Positions 1-12,830 of a stretch of 64,000 bases of DNA are shown in pieces. This DNA is from Octopus sinensis. Lineage: Eukaryota. Made by a program: the position numbers and the translations under genes. Every line of letters starts with the position of its first letter. Within the stretch, counting starts at the first letter, position 1. The notes under the pieces were generated by a model. That model had not been told where the DNA came from. It made no database searches and saw only the letters and a program-made list of their open reading frames with translations. The stretch covers positions 119,536,001-119,600,000 of the forward strand of contig NC_042998.1 of NCBI RefSeq assembly GCF_006345805.1, in the 5' to 3' direction.

Positions 1-189
1 AAGCAGTGCTGTTTCGCCTGGTCATGACTTTCAGGTGTTTTAACACCCGGTGTTTTGAAGGAGTTATTTCCACCACCCCATTCGCAGCCTACCGGCAAAA
101 AGACTGGGTGTATATGTTAAGTATGTGTGATCAATAATGTTTATTACACTAGTGCTGCTTAAGTGATCGAACCTAAATGCTTCCTTTTG

Positions 190-520
190 GCATATAAATG
201 GGATCATTTAATAGGGTAGATCTCTGCTTCATGGCCCTGTACATCTTAGGCGCGTTAAATAAGAAATTTCCTCCTACAACCTTTGATCTGTACAAAGAGG
301 ATACCATAGCACTATGTAGAGGTTCCAGTGAACATATTGTAAATAAACTATGGAAGGTCATCCAAGTTTTCAGATGTTCTAAACAAAAGATCTCCATAGT
401 GACTAACATAACTAATAGCCGACATCTTAAATGTTACACAATGTTTAGGCACTAGATTATACAAGCCCTTCGGAAAAATGAATGAAAAACTTGCGTTCAC
501 ATTATGTCTTATCACATAAC
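190..520 (+). mobile_element. Degenerate Penelope-like element reverse transcriptase fragment
   Basis: ORF 198-455 (MGSFNRVDLCFMALYIL..FDLYKEDTIALCRG..KISIVTN) is a decayed version of the PLE RT 'MGS.DGAE.C..GLY.L..GLYRDD' region and resembles 43340-43600. Confidence 0.6.
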
Positions 521-1552
521 TTCATTGTTTAAGAACCTAGCAAAAGGTGTAGGTGAATCTTAAATTTGTCCTCTGGTAATGAGATATTCGATACAGCGCC
601 TGTTTGTGGTGAACGGTTTCAAAGAGAATATTGTTTACACTCACAATCCGGACCCCGCAAAATGAAAACGATACTGCGAAGTCATTTAGTTTGCGCACTC
701 TTTCTCGTTAAATGTCAAATACATTACAGTTTAGATCTTACTTAGGTTAATTCATAGACATTTATCTCCCCTCCTCACTCCTAAATATAGAAAGATATTT
801 AATAGACACATACTTAACGTTTCCTTCATTTGCCAAGCCAACATAAAATAGTATATATTTCACACAGTTACTCACATTGAGGTGATACTTCATGCCCGCT
901 CAGTCATCACTACAATGTCAAGCAAAGTAGAACGACGTAAGCTAAATATGAAAAGCGAAAGCCACGAATCTTGATATCAGACGGAGACTGTAATACTAAC
1001 AAAAGCACACTATGCTAGGTCTGTATAACAGGAAAAGGACTGGTACTAAAATGAAGAAGAAAAAAGCCTGGAAACCCCTATAATATCCATGATTTCATTT
1101 TGATAAATGCCAACAAATATTGTTTCGTTTTCACTCTTTGTAGTACAATGCCAACAAATATTGTTTCGTTTTCTCTCTGTGAACAGAAAAAGTGGATCTA
1201 CCTGGTGCACTCTGAATCACGTGCGCTCTGCCAGTTCTATACGTGTGTGAATGTGTGTGTAAATATGTGTGGGCATATGTGTGTGTGCGCACGGTCCTAC
1301 GTAATTTGATACGTATGTCTGTTCAGGGGAAATAATTATTTCACATATTATTTCTATTAAGGGAGATAACTCATGTATTTAATTCTTTATTATTTATCTT
1401 GTTTAAAATGTATGGGAGTTAATCACTGTAAAAAGAAATTTTTGTGCTATTTTCAGTCCGTTACCTACATAGAAGCGTAGTTAGAACAAAGGTCGATAGA
1501 AGCGGTTTGGCCCAACCGATGTTTATATATATTTATATTTATATATATATAT

Positions 1553-1990
1553 ATGAGAATTTTTGATACCCAGAGGACACGTACTTTCTCAAACTTTCAT
1601 TCACACTACAAGACTCCTTTGAATGAACAGCACATAGAATTAATGTCTCCATACTATCCATCTGTAATAGCAAAATATGAATCGTATCTGAATTTACATA
1701 CTATGGACAAGAAACCTTTTAACCCATTCTACAGAACACGTAACACTTTCCTTGGATAATGGAACTGCAACTGTAACATCCAACATATATATTTTTTTCT
1801 CTTATTTCCCTTTATACTTCTTATATCTCTCACTTTCCAAAATAACTCTAATAGTTCCTTCTATTTAACTCTCTCATATTGTCTCTGATAAATGGACATC
1901 ACTCATATCCATGAAATAGGTGTAAGACTACCTTTCTCTTTATAAATGTCCTGGAAATTTTACACTACCTTGGCTGTGTTGACTCATTTT
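1553..1990 (+). mobile_element. Penelope-like pseudo-LTR fragment (same family as 7300-8020)
   Basis: Clear similarity to 7640-8019, including the hammerhead-like segment; flanked by (TA)n and (TG)n. Confidence 0.65.
1881..1928 (+). ncRNA. Degenerate minimal hammerhead ribozyme motif
   Basis: GTCT CTGATAA ..ATGGA..TCCAT GAAA TAGGTG TA AGAC; helix I GTCT/AGAC intact, G8 changed to A. Confidence 0.55.
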
Positions 1991-1995
1991 ATTTA

Positions 1996-2073
<78 letters not shown>

Positions 2074-2589
2074 TGTGTGTAGCGCGCGCGTGCGTGCGTG
2101 TGTGTGTGTGTGTTGTGTACGTGAATTTGTCTTGAGTGGATAAAATGTTGCACACCACTGGTCCCACTTCTCAGCCCAATAAGTTGTAAAACCAGTAGCA
2201 CAACACGGGTTGAGACGACTGGAAAGCAATTAAACTTCAGGTGTTTTTAGACGAGTTAACCTTCTTCTAGAAGGAAGCCCTAATGAGAACAAGAGGTCCT
2301 TCACTCTCAGTAATTCACATTTTAGTTAACCTATAGCTGGGACCATAAAAGATGCTACTACTCCGGCTCAGAGTAGAGCTCAGACAATCAGTAGTGGTTA
2401 AGAAGTTGTTCCATACTCCTCAAAACCCAGAAACTCTCGTACCAGAGTCCCTACTACCGAATGCAGTTTAAAGTCATATCCAGTACGTACATGCAATCAT
2501 CCATGCATCCATTCATCCATCCATCCATACATACATACATACATACATACATACATACATACATACAACATACATACATACACACATAC

Positions 2590-3145
2590 ATGAAAATCAA
2601 AGAAAAAGAGGATATCTATGGACAACTGCTTCGAAACCTCCAGCTTCTATACCCAGACTATGAATTCATATTCATAACAATAATAATTGGAGCACTAGGT
2701 TTTGTTAGTAAAAGAGGATCTGAATTAACTGGGATTTTCAGAAAAAGAAATCGAACGGCTGATTCGTACATTATAAGTGCAATCTGTAAGTGGAACAGTA
2801 AAAATATGCAAGACTTTTCTCAATTTCCAAATGTGAATTTGCCTATGTTTACATCCCAAAATGGAGCCTTGTGTCTTTGTTGGAAACCGGCTCCCTCTTC
2901 AGTGGGAGATTTCTAATAATTAAACTGTCAGTTTGGATAAGCTTGGATTTTCAGATAAAGAAAGTAAACCAAATAATTCGCACATTACAAATACATTCTG
3001 TAAATGGAACAGTAAAATTATGCAAGACTTTTCTCGGGTTTAAAATGTGACATTCTTTTCCTTATCCACATTCCAAAGATGTAGCTTTGTATCTTTGTTA
3101 GAAACCAGTTCCTTCTTCAAAGGAAGAATTTAAGTGATACAAAAG
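2590..3145 (+). mobile_element. Two tandem 3' fragments of an RLE-type (R4/Dong-like) LINE inside (TACA)n
   Basis: KEKEDIYGQLLRNLQLLYPDYEFIFITIIIGALGFV resembles an RLE-LINE C-terminus; the 3' end is repeated (about 2720-2915 and 2940-3130); flanked by (CATA)n arrays. Confidence 0.6.
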
Positions 3146-4029
3146 TGACATACATACATACATACATACATACATACATACATACATACATACATACATA
3201 CATACATACATACATACATACATACATACATACATACGTACGTACGTACATACATACATACATACATACATACATACATACATACATACATACATACATA
3301 CATACATACATAATACAGACATCACTGTAAATTATCAGGCGCAGCCCAGGTTGAAAAGTTGCTGTATATTACCCAGAATTGTTCTTCGTGAAGGCATATT
3401 CCGTTTTATATAACACTATCAGATTCTTTTGAAACTGTTTCCCAATAGGGTTATAGTAGTCTGGTGTGTAATACACTGCGGTACAGATAGACGTTCAATA
3501 TGAATAGAATATTTCGTAATTTAATTGTGCAAATAACATGTGCCTAATTGGAAAGTATTAAATAATACGCAAAAATCGAAGAACAGGGGGAAAGCACTGC
3601 AAAGCAAAAACGCGCCACGTAGAAGTACGACTTCAGTTGACGACACCAGTCGGCAGACTATGCCTAAGAGTCGCGTCAAGTGGCTTCTTGTGACGGAACC
3701 CTGAACTGCAATGAGCTTGTCCCACAGAGGTCATTTCCGGTTACTTTTGGGTAGCCACTCATATATCATTTTTTATTCTTGAAATTCTTTAATTCTTAAA
3801 TTAATTTTTTAAATGTATAGAAACAATCGTGTCGAGAGGTGACCCATCCGTGGAATTAAAACCATTCTTATAAAATGAGAATGCCGAAATGACCATAAAT
3901 AAAATTCACACTTTTAAATTTGATAACTGTAATACATGCAATGATAGGAAATTTAATTTAATGTTGCAATGAGTCGCAACTTATATTATATGAAATCTGT
4001 ACCTCGGCGATTAGGAATATTGTCAGGTC

Positions 4030-4890
4030 AGCATCTCCAGATGTACAATGTTTTGAGATTTACTAGCAGAGACATAATTAGATCACAGATGCCTCCAACA
4101 CTTGTGCAGCCTAAATAAAAGTGGCCATTAGCAAAATAGTCCAGAAACTGCAAATGTATGCCGTCAGGTTTTATTGGTTGATATGGTAAAGCTTGTGTTC
4201 TCGAAAGTGAAGTTTTCAAAATCGAAAAGGGGGTCTTATCATTTCCTCTCTTCTGGTGTACCAAATGAGAATAGTACCATCGATGGCATATAATATAAGC
4301 TCCTTAATTATTAGTCTTGTGCCATTGTACAACTACGGCTTTTCTAAATTACGTGGCAGTATTACTGAGATTCATTTCTTTTTTCTTTTTTTTTTTTTTT
4401 TTGCTGAAATCTGTGTGATGATAAACCTTAAGGTTCCAGCGACTTTTGATTTACGAAGGATTGGGAACTATTTCTTCCTAACCCACAATAATGTCAATTT
4501 GTTAGCAAGTATCACTATTTTCTGTAAGCGCCGACAATACCTGCTAGTTGATGCCGCTGACGCAAAAATCCGTTTTATTATCACATAGCAACTTTTGTGT
4601 TAATTAATGATGTTGAAGGTTGAGGAACAACTTCGACATCAATTCGTCCGCTGTCTTAACCACTGTGTTTTTAGGATCTGGTACAATGGTACCATAACTA
4701 CCAGAAGAAAATCTTCCCTCTCCAACTTGTAACAATTTTTTGACAACCTGATCAAACCGCTGATCTCTAGAAAAATAACTCTTATTTTTGAATGACGATT
4801 TAAGGCAAGCACATATTTTTGTTTCTTTTGAAGTTATTAGTAGGATCCAATGGATATCACCTGACAGCAGCACTACTACTCCTCCCACCT
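4030..4890 (-). mobile_element. Highly degenerate Helitron Pif1-like helicase fragment
   Basis: ORF 4604-4888 MGGVVVLLSGD..ACLKSS..LLQVGEG; ORF 4028-4264 GIHLQ..FANGHFYLGCTSV resembles Pif1 'F.HGQLYVA.SRV'. Confidence 0.6.
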
Positions 4891-5211
4891 TTCACTTTAC
4901 AAAGAAGTCATAGAAAGTAGTAGATATGTTGAGTGGCTTATACATATTTTCTCTAACAATGTCACTGTTACAACTTACGAACGTCCCAACATGATTAGCC
5001 TCAACTCTACATTAACCAACTCTTCTGATTCTAGAGGAACGGAAAAAGAGAAGCAGTGAGTTAAAATAGGTTTTGATAATATTTAGAGTGGCAGAGATAG
5101 AAAATAAAGACGATGAAAGATAGATAAAAGAAACAGAAAAGTCTGAACCAAAAGAAAAAAGATATAAAGATAAAGAAAAATAAGTGAGAAAAGATAGTCA
5201 GTCAGTCAGTC

Positions 5212-5279
<68 letters not shown>

Positions 5280-5602
5280 GGACAGGCAGGCAAGTAGACA
5301 AACAGAGAGTAGAGGAAAACCAAAAAGGAGAAAAGTAAAATGGTTTTATAAAAGTAGTGAAAGAGAAAGGATAAAAAGGAAAAGAGAGAGAAAGAAACAA
5401 ACAAACAAACAAACAAACAAAGAATGGAACAAATAAACAAATGCACCAAGTGGCAAAACTGTCAATGAGATGTAGACGGCTGTAATTTCTCCGCTGCCAC
5501 CACAGTGTTGCGCAGTGGGACGGAGAGATCTAGCAATATCTACACATAAAAGAGAGAGATGGGAAAATGAACATAGAAACAAATATAAACTTTTATCAAA
5601 AA

Positions 5603-6000
5603 CTAGCAGTATCGCCCGGCGTTGCTCGGGTTTGTAAGGGAAATAACTATATAAGCATTTTTAGAGAGTTATAGCCAAAAAATAGCAAAAAAATGCATTA
5701 AAAATGGGAAAAAAATGAAGGTAAATTTTTTTTTAAATCGTTGACTCATCGTAGACATTTTTAGAGAGTTACTTCCCTTATATAATAGCGAAAAAATGCA
5801 TTAAAATGGAAAAAAATGATGGTAATTTTTTTTTTAAATCGTAGACTCATCGTAGACGCGCGCTAATACCTAGAAGGGCTCGATATGAATCACGACTATA
5901 AGATACCCGGTTTTTGTTAAACTGCACCGCAAAATGTGGGAGTAGTTAGGAATCTAAATCGTAGGAGACAGACACACAACCTTACTTTTATATATAAAGA
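5603..6000 (-). mobile_element. Non-autonomous Helitron
   Basis: Minus strand reads A|TCTTTATATA...CCCGAGCAACGCCGGG (hairpin)..CTAG|T; no TSD; sister copy at 20659-21042. Confidence 0.8.
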
Positions 6001-7014
6001 TATAACTACCACCTATTTCAGAATGGCAGAGCTAACAAACTGCCTTATTTAATAGCTTCTCGTTTTTCTTGCAGGTATTGACCAACAGATATCATGGCAG
6101 AACATTAGCCGCATTCAGCCTCACCAATCTGGTAGGGCTTACAAAAAAAAACACCATGTGAATTGACCAAAAATTTGCTAAATGCAGCAACAATAAAACC
6201 TTAATATGGTCACTCGATCTCGTAGAAATAGCAGCCAAGCCGCACTTAAGTCCCTCCCTACCATCTTAAAAACAGACGATCGCGGTGGCTTATTTAATCC
6301 TCGATACACTCGATACAACACACGATAATAGCAGCTTGAACAGTTTTGATCAATCGTCTGAGTGATTTGAATTGGCCTGAGGTTAATTAATAATTACAGC
6401 TTTCACCTGTGACAAACGTTTTTTTATGAGGATCAATCATTTGTTGTTGTATTTCAGAGTCAGTTTTATCTATCTGGGGCACTAAGATGAAAAAGTAGCA
6501 GACGTTTCATCCAATTAGCTAATTGGTACAGCTTATAAAATAGAGTTTGATTAACAAGCCATTAGCTTTTGTCCTTTTTCTTTTATTTATCTTTTCATTA
6601 ATAATATATCTCAGTTTTCAGTTTATGCTATTTCATGGTTTAATTGGTTCGTAGAGAAGTGGCTGTACATATAAAATACCACCAGATATAATTGTTGAAA
6701 GATTAATGTTCCAAAGAATACACGCATTATCATTAAAATTAGATATTTCACCTTTTTATTATGCAAATGACACTAAAGCTATTTTCTATAGAATACAGTA
6801 AGGTAAATTCAATATCTGACCCCAAAATGAGAATCCAGAACATAAGCGTTTGTAAGACCGTATTCTCGTTTCTGACATGTATACAAGGCGTGACAAATTT
6901 AGAGAGGATAGAGTATATTCATTCGATTACCTTAGTACATGCCTGGTATATATTTTAGTAACCCTACCACCAATCTGCTTGTGTCTCTATTTACTATCAG
7001 AAAGTAATTGAGAA

Positions 7015-7237
7015 GGCATGTCCCATCTCTACGTTTGAAGTCAATGAGGATTAATCAACGGCTCACAAATTAACAAAAGTTTTAATTATTTTCAGTAATA
7101 TATATATATATAAATTAACAAAAGTTTTAATTATTTTCAGTAATATATATATATTACTGAAAATAATTAAAACTTTTGTTAATTTGTGAGCCGTTGATTA
7201 ATCCTCATTGACTTCAAACGTAGAGGTGGGACATGCC
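7015..7237. repeat. Long near-perfect palindrome centred on (TA)n
   Basis: ggcatgtccca...ttttcagtaata mirrored by tattactgaaaa...tgggacatgcc (arms about 85 bp), with an extra internal duplicate of about 43 bp. Confidence 0.9.
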
Positions 7238-7364
7238 CGGTTCGATAGTAGTATGAGTGAGGAGTCTTAATGCGTGTCATGAGTGAACGTGTATATGTTT
7301 AAAAAATGAGACAACAAAGCCAAGGCAGTGTGAAATTTCTAGGACATTTATAAAGAGAAAGGTA

Positions 7365-7412
7365 GTCTTACGGCTGTCTCAAGGATATAAAAGATATCCC
7401 ATCATCAGAGAC
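7365..7412 (-). ncRNA. Minimal hammerhead ribozyme (GAAA changed to GAGA)
   Basis: Reverse complement: GTCT CTGATGA TGGGATATCTTTTATATCCTT GAGA CAGCCG TA AGAC. Confidence 0.65.
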
Positions 7413-7906
7413 GATATGAGAGAGTTAACTAGAAGGAAATAGTAGAGTTCAGTATAAGAAGTAATTTTGGAAAGATATAAGAAGTACAAAGGGAATTATG
7501 AAGATAAAGTATATGTTGGATGTTAATCCTGTTGACCAATACCACTTTTCTTCCTTCTAACATACTTACCTATTCTCTTCTCTCTATTTACTTCCCCTTA
7601 TCAGTATATTCTCAAAATTTCATTTCTACTACAATATCCATTTGAATGAACAACACCTGGAATTAATGTCGGCAAACTATTCACTTGTAATAACAAAATA
7701 TGAACACCTATCGAAATTTACATACCATAGACAAGAGGCCTCTCTACCCTTTCTACACAAAACATTCCTTGAATAATGGAACAACAACTTTAACATTCAA
7801 CATATACTTTTTTTTATCCTCATACTTCCCTTTGTACTTCTTATGTCTTTCCAAAATAACTTCTTATATTGAACTCTACTATTTCCTTCTATTTAACTCT
7901 CATATC

Positions 7907-7954
7907 GTCTCTGATGATGGGATATCTTTTATATCCCTGAAACAGCTGTAAGAC
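7907..7954 (+). ncRNA. Minimal type-I hammerhead ribozyme with intact core
   Basis: GTCT CTGATGA T GGGATAT ctttt ATATCCC T GAAA CAGCTG TA AGAC; helix I GTCT/AGAC, 7-bp helix II, palindromic helix III ACAGCTGT, GUA cleavage triplet. Confidence 0.85.
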
Positions 7955-8030
7955 TACCTTTCTCTTTATAAATGTTCTAGAAATTTCACACTGCCTTGGC
8001 TTTGTTGTCTCATTTTTTAACACACACACA

Positions 8031-8100
<70 letters not shown>

Positions 8101-8550
8101 TCACAATAAGGGTGAAAAAATTGAATATTAATTAATAACATCAATTTAAAACACCAAGTGGCCCAGCGTATAAAAACTGGGATACAGTAAAAATTATTAA
8201 TACAAGTAATGAGAGAGAGTCCACATGTGGTCACTCTAACGCTAGATATAGATCCACGAAGGGAATCCACCACTAAAAGAATTGTTCTCAAGAATTAGTT
8301 CAACGCGCCAAGAATGTAAGCGAGCAGGACAAATGAAAAATAACGAAAAAACAGATTAACTCTATACAATTGTTTCACCGTTAATAGATTGTGTAATTTT
8401 ACTTACATAATCATTTTCAGATCTTCAGTAGAGTATATCAAAAAAATATAATTTGCTGAGTCGAACGCCAACATTCACACGAAGCCGAAAAAAGGCGAAT
8501 GGCACAGCCGATTATATCTGCAGTTACGTTCAAATCTAGCAGGCAGATAT

Positions 8551-8595
8551 CCAGTACCGATGAAGGGTAAAGACCCAGAAACCATGGTCTACTGG
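8551..8595 (+). ncRNA. Minimal type-I hammerhead ribozyme (CCGAUGA core variant)
   Basis: CCAGTA CCGATGA A GGGT aaag ACCC A GAAA CCATGG TC TACTGG; 6-bp helix I, palindromic ACCATGGT, GUC triplet. Confidence 0.8.
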
Positions 8596-8835
8596 TCTTG
8601 CCAAGTTGGAACGGAGTGACTCGCTCCCTTACTCACAATATATAGGACACTGGTTGTGTGTCGTTAACCAACTGGAAAAGACGTTTTCCTGAGGTTAAAA
8701 TGTAGTAACATAGTTCTTTATAGAACAGCCATGTGATAGTGGCAAAAAAAGCGTTACCAAGTAGTATTTTTACTACTCCCATTTAGAGGTTTTAGAAGTA
8801 TATATATGTATGTATGTATATGTGTGTGTGTGTGT

Positions 8836-8896
<61 letters not shown>

Positions 8897-8921
8897 ATAT
8901 GTGACAATTATTCGGTAGCCA

Positions 8922-8984
8922 AGATAAAACTCTAAGTTTCGGATGCCGAGGTGGAAATCCACACCACCATCTTTTCGGTTATCT
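8922..8984 (-). ncRNA. Degenerate hammerhead ribozyme with extended helix II
   Basis: Reverse complement: AGATAA CCGAAAA GATG..GTGGA tt TCCAC..CATC C GAAA CTTAGAG TT TTATCT; helix I AGATAA/TTATCT. Confidence 0.55.
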
Positions 8985-9469
8985 GGTCATCTGAAAAACG
9001 CTATGAAAAAAGACCGTTATACAAAGGGAAATTACTGTGTTATAGTCCGCTACTTATACAAAAGCGCTAATTCGAATGACCGCTAATTAAGATATGGTTA
9101 AAAGTTCATAGTATAAATGAGCGTGTCCAGACATGCAACTCTCATGACACTCTGTCGGTTAAGGCGATGAGGGTTTACAGTTGATCTGATCAACGAAACA
9201 GCCTACACGTGAAAGTAACGTGCATGTGACTGAGCACTCCACAGACACGTGTACTCTTAGCGTAGTTCGCAGAGAGATTCAGTGTGACATAGAGTTATAT
9301 AGTATACCGTGTCCATTAAGACAACTGTACTCCCTTTATCAGCCTCTTTCATTGTTATTGTTTTATCATCTGTTCAGCTCGACCCTTTTTTTGCTGAAGT
9401 CTGGCTTGTGTTTTTTTTGTGTATATGTTGATATGAGTAATGCGTCAACCTAATTTAGGGATCGGAGTA

Positions 9470-9800
9470 CTCCTTCAAGCAAGGTCAACGTTTTACAATG
9501 AAAAACAACTTCATGGGTGATTCGGGAAACCTAATATATGTGTTAACTTGCTCAGGGTATCGAGAGCAATACATAGGCCAAACCAAAAACAGTCTACGCC
9601 AGAGGATGACCCTACATAGATCCCAGATTAAAATTCGAGAATACAGAAAAATAGCACTTAGCGAACTCTTTGACATTTGCGCCACTAACGAACAACCCAA
9701 CTTCAGAATTTTTCCCCTCTATAAATTCAGGGACGATACAACCTATAATCAGTGCATTAGCAAAGAGTCATATTTTATCGTAAAATATAAACCCCTTTAG
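9470..9800 (+). mobile_element. Penelope-like GIY-YIG endonuclease fragment
   Basis: NLIYVLTCSGYREQYIGQTKNSLRQRMTLHRSQI..ESYFI contains the GIY-YIG motifs plus the conserved R, H and E. Confidence 0.85.
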
Positions 9801-10424
9801 AATGCTTCCACCACAGATGACACTACTACAAGCGCCTCAGAATAATACCCATGCAAATATTAAAAATGATATATTCAGAACAGTCACTCACCATGAATTT
9901 ATTCAGAACAATTCCAATCACTACTGCTATAACTACAACAGATCACTTAACCATTTAAAAAGACTCTACCAACAGTCTACTACTGTCATACCATTCCCGT
10001 CTTTTCCTTCTTCTTTCTCTTCTCCTTCTTCTTCTTCTTCTTCTTCTTCTTCTTCTTCTTCTTCTTCTTCTTCTTCTTCTTCTTCTTCTTCTTCTTCTTC
10101 TTCTTCTTCTTCGTCTTCGCCGTCTCCTTTTTCGGCTACTGTTGCTTAAATAATCACAATCCAGAACCAACAACCCTCATATTAAATATTTGTTCAGATA
10201 TGCTACTACCTAACTACTGAGACTTAACAAAAGTAAAAGAGAGAGAAACAGAAAAAGGGAAAATGTCCACCTATTTGAAAATTATGGAAATATTTTTTAA
10301 AAACATTTCATTTAATTTTTCCACAATTTAATTGTTTTTCCTGCCTCATTCAAAGTCGCAAAGGGGTACTAAAATGTTCTTCATGATAAAATTATTTTAG
10401 CATTTTCTAACTTGTCCCATTTTC

Positions 10425-10554
<130 letters not shown>

Positions 10555-10619
10555 GCATATCTATATATCTTTTATCTTTTACTGGTTTCAGCCCGGGGCT
10601 GAGGTCATGCTGGTGCACC

Positions 10620-11185
10620 ACTTATAGTTACTCGGTGTTGTTTCCGGTATTGTTTTTTGTGAAGTAGCGAATTGGACGGAGTTGCTCTTCTTTGTGTCTC
10701 CTGCTGCGATGTGGGTTCATCTGGTATCTCTAATAGAAACCTGTCCAGACGCTCCTTGAAAACTGCCACATCAACACCATGTAGATCTCTAAAGCTGTTT
10801 GGCATGATGGTGAACAACTGCAAGCCCTTGAAACCCAGACTATTGCAGTACTGTGCCCTTACTTTAGATGAGGAAGGCAGGATTTTTGGTATGATGCAGT
10901 GTCGTCCAGTTCGAGGTTTGGTATAGCTGTCAATTCCGAAATTGTGAGTTAAACCCTCTATTATCTTCCAAATATATATCACCGCATATCTCTCTCGTCT
11001 TCTCTCCAGGAAATAGAGACTCAACTCCTTTAGCCTCTCTCAGTAGCCCATCTTTTGCATCGTGCTAATCTTCTTTGTGTATTGGCACTGAATTGCTTCG
11101 AGTTTCAGATTTTGTTTCACACTCTCTGGAGACTATAGTTGGGAGCAGTAGTCCAAGCGGCTGAGACCGAAATTCCTCCATAGCC
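10620..11185 (-). mobile_element. CR1/L2-clade LINE 3' fragment
   Basis: LDYCSQL.S..LEAIQ..TKKI, then LERRRERYAVIYIWKIIEG..FKERLDRFLLEIPDEP, typical of a CR1/L2-group ORF2 C-terminus. Confidence 0.8.
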
Positions 11186-11951
11186 GTCTGGAAACCTCAT
11201 GGCATACTCAGATTGTTGCCAAAAAAATCGATAATAGGGCCCCTGGAAAGGATCCTTATATATATAGCCAAGGGAAATAACCCATTCATTTTCCTAAAAA
11301 ATTTGGTAAAAATGAAACTGAGTGTGCTTACTTCTTAGTATTTGAACTGTTAGAGTTATTTTCGCAATTTATCCAGTACAACCCTTAAACAAGTATTAAA
11401 CATAGTATTTTCCTAAACAATAGATCCATTTATTTCGTTTAGTGACTTATTCACGAATATACCAACACTAGCGCCTCTGAGAGTAATATTTTCTGGGAAA
11501 GCACAAAAGCCCTTTTCAGAGTTATTTACTTTGAATTGTTATTATCCCTTATCTGATTAGTCTGTTCTTACGAAACATACTTCTCGATTTTAGTATACAT
11601 ACCTTATTAGTATTTCCTCCTAGATTCTATATACTCTGGGAACGCATTAAAGCCCTTTTCGGGGCTACTTTATTCGAACTCTTACTATCAGGTAACTAAT
11701 TTCATGTTATTACATAACTGACTTCACAATTTGTGTATTCATAACTTATTGGGAATTCCTAAAAACAAGATCCTGTGCAAGACATTTCGGTATTCTCTGT
11801 GAATGCACAAAATCCGTTTTAAGGGCTACATACTTCGTATTGTTGTTATTGGGTTAGCGAAACAATTATGAGAACGGAACCAAGTGATATGCCCCATTTC
11901 CCCCGGGAATTACTGGTTACGTCAGCTAGTGTGTTTGTGTATATATATATA

Positions 11952-12039
<88 letters not shown>

Positions 12040-12399
12040 TGTATGTATGTATGTATGTACATACATACATACTACATACATACATACATACATACATACA
12101 TACATAGCAACCTTCTATATACCAGGCAAGTAAATTAGTTAGCATGAAAATCAATGAATAGGAAATGAATACGTGAATGGAAATAAAGAAAATAACGATA
12201 AAGATAAAAGAAGTGAAGTAGAGTAGAAAAGACAGTGAATTATATATAAAGATAGGGATGATACGGTTGAATAAAGAGAAGAGAGGCGGATAACTCCATA
12301 AAGTCAGGGTAAACAAAAACATGAAAACAATTATGGAGATAGACAAAGGCGGTATAAATGAAACTTTGTACGTTTGTATCAGTTTTTTATCTTTTATCT

Positions 12400-12830
12400 T
12401 TTCTTTTGCTCGTTTAAGTCAGTACATTGCGGCTATGCTGGGGAACCGCCTTGAAGGATTTCGTCCAGATGTTCTCAACCGGGGTCCACATGGCACTTGT
12501 GGGGTCCATGTAAGATTTCGTTGTTAAAATTTACATGCAATAATATGCAAAATATATTCTACAATATGCAAAATATATTGACAATTTTTAAATAAAACTT
12601 CTATTAATATTTAATATTAAAAATGTAATAGGACATCGAATGTTATTAGGGTACAGTAGAATAAAATGGGAATCACAAACAAATCGACCCTCAGTCCCTT
12701 TTTTTCCGAAAAGCATGGTACTTATTCTGTGGGTCAGGTTTTGCCGAACCGCTAAGTTACGGGGACGTAAAGAAACTAATACCGGTTGTAGAAACTAAAA
12801 CGGTGGTGGAGGAGAGGACAAACATAGATA
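12400..12830. repeat. SINE-like repeat interrupted by a short DNA-transposon fragment
   Basis: Contains 'ggtacttattct..gaaccgctaagttacggggacgtaaa', shared with 45960-46150 and 61580-61750. Confidence 0.6.

Larger units (their letters stand above)
7300..8020. mobile_element. Penelope-like remnant with inverted pseudo-LTR pair
   Basis: 7300-7525 is the reverse complement of about 7795-8020; each arm carries a hammerhead motif; inverted pLTRs are typical of PLE insertions. Confidence 0.75.

Noticed and set aside
6075-6131. Exon-like segment ttcttgcag|GTATTGACCAACAG..CTG|gtaggg with a start resembling lipid-binding exon 2
   Set aside because: Only about 19 codons, no family similarity beyond the first few bases, and no partner exons found
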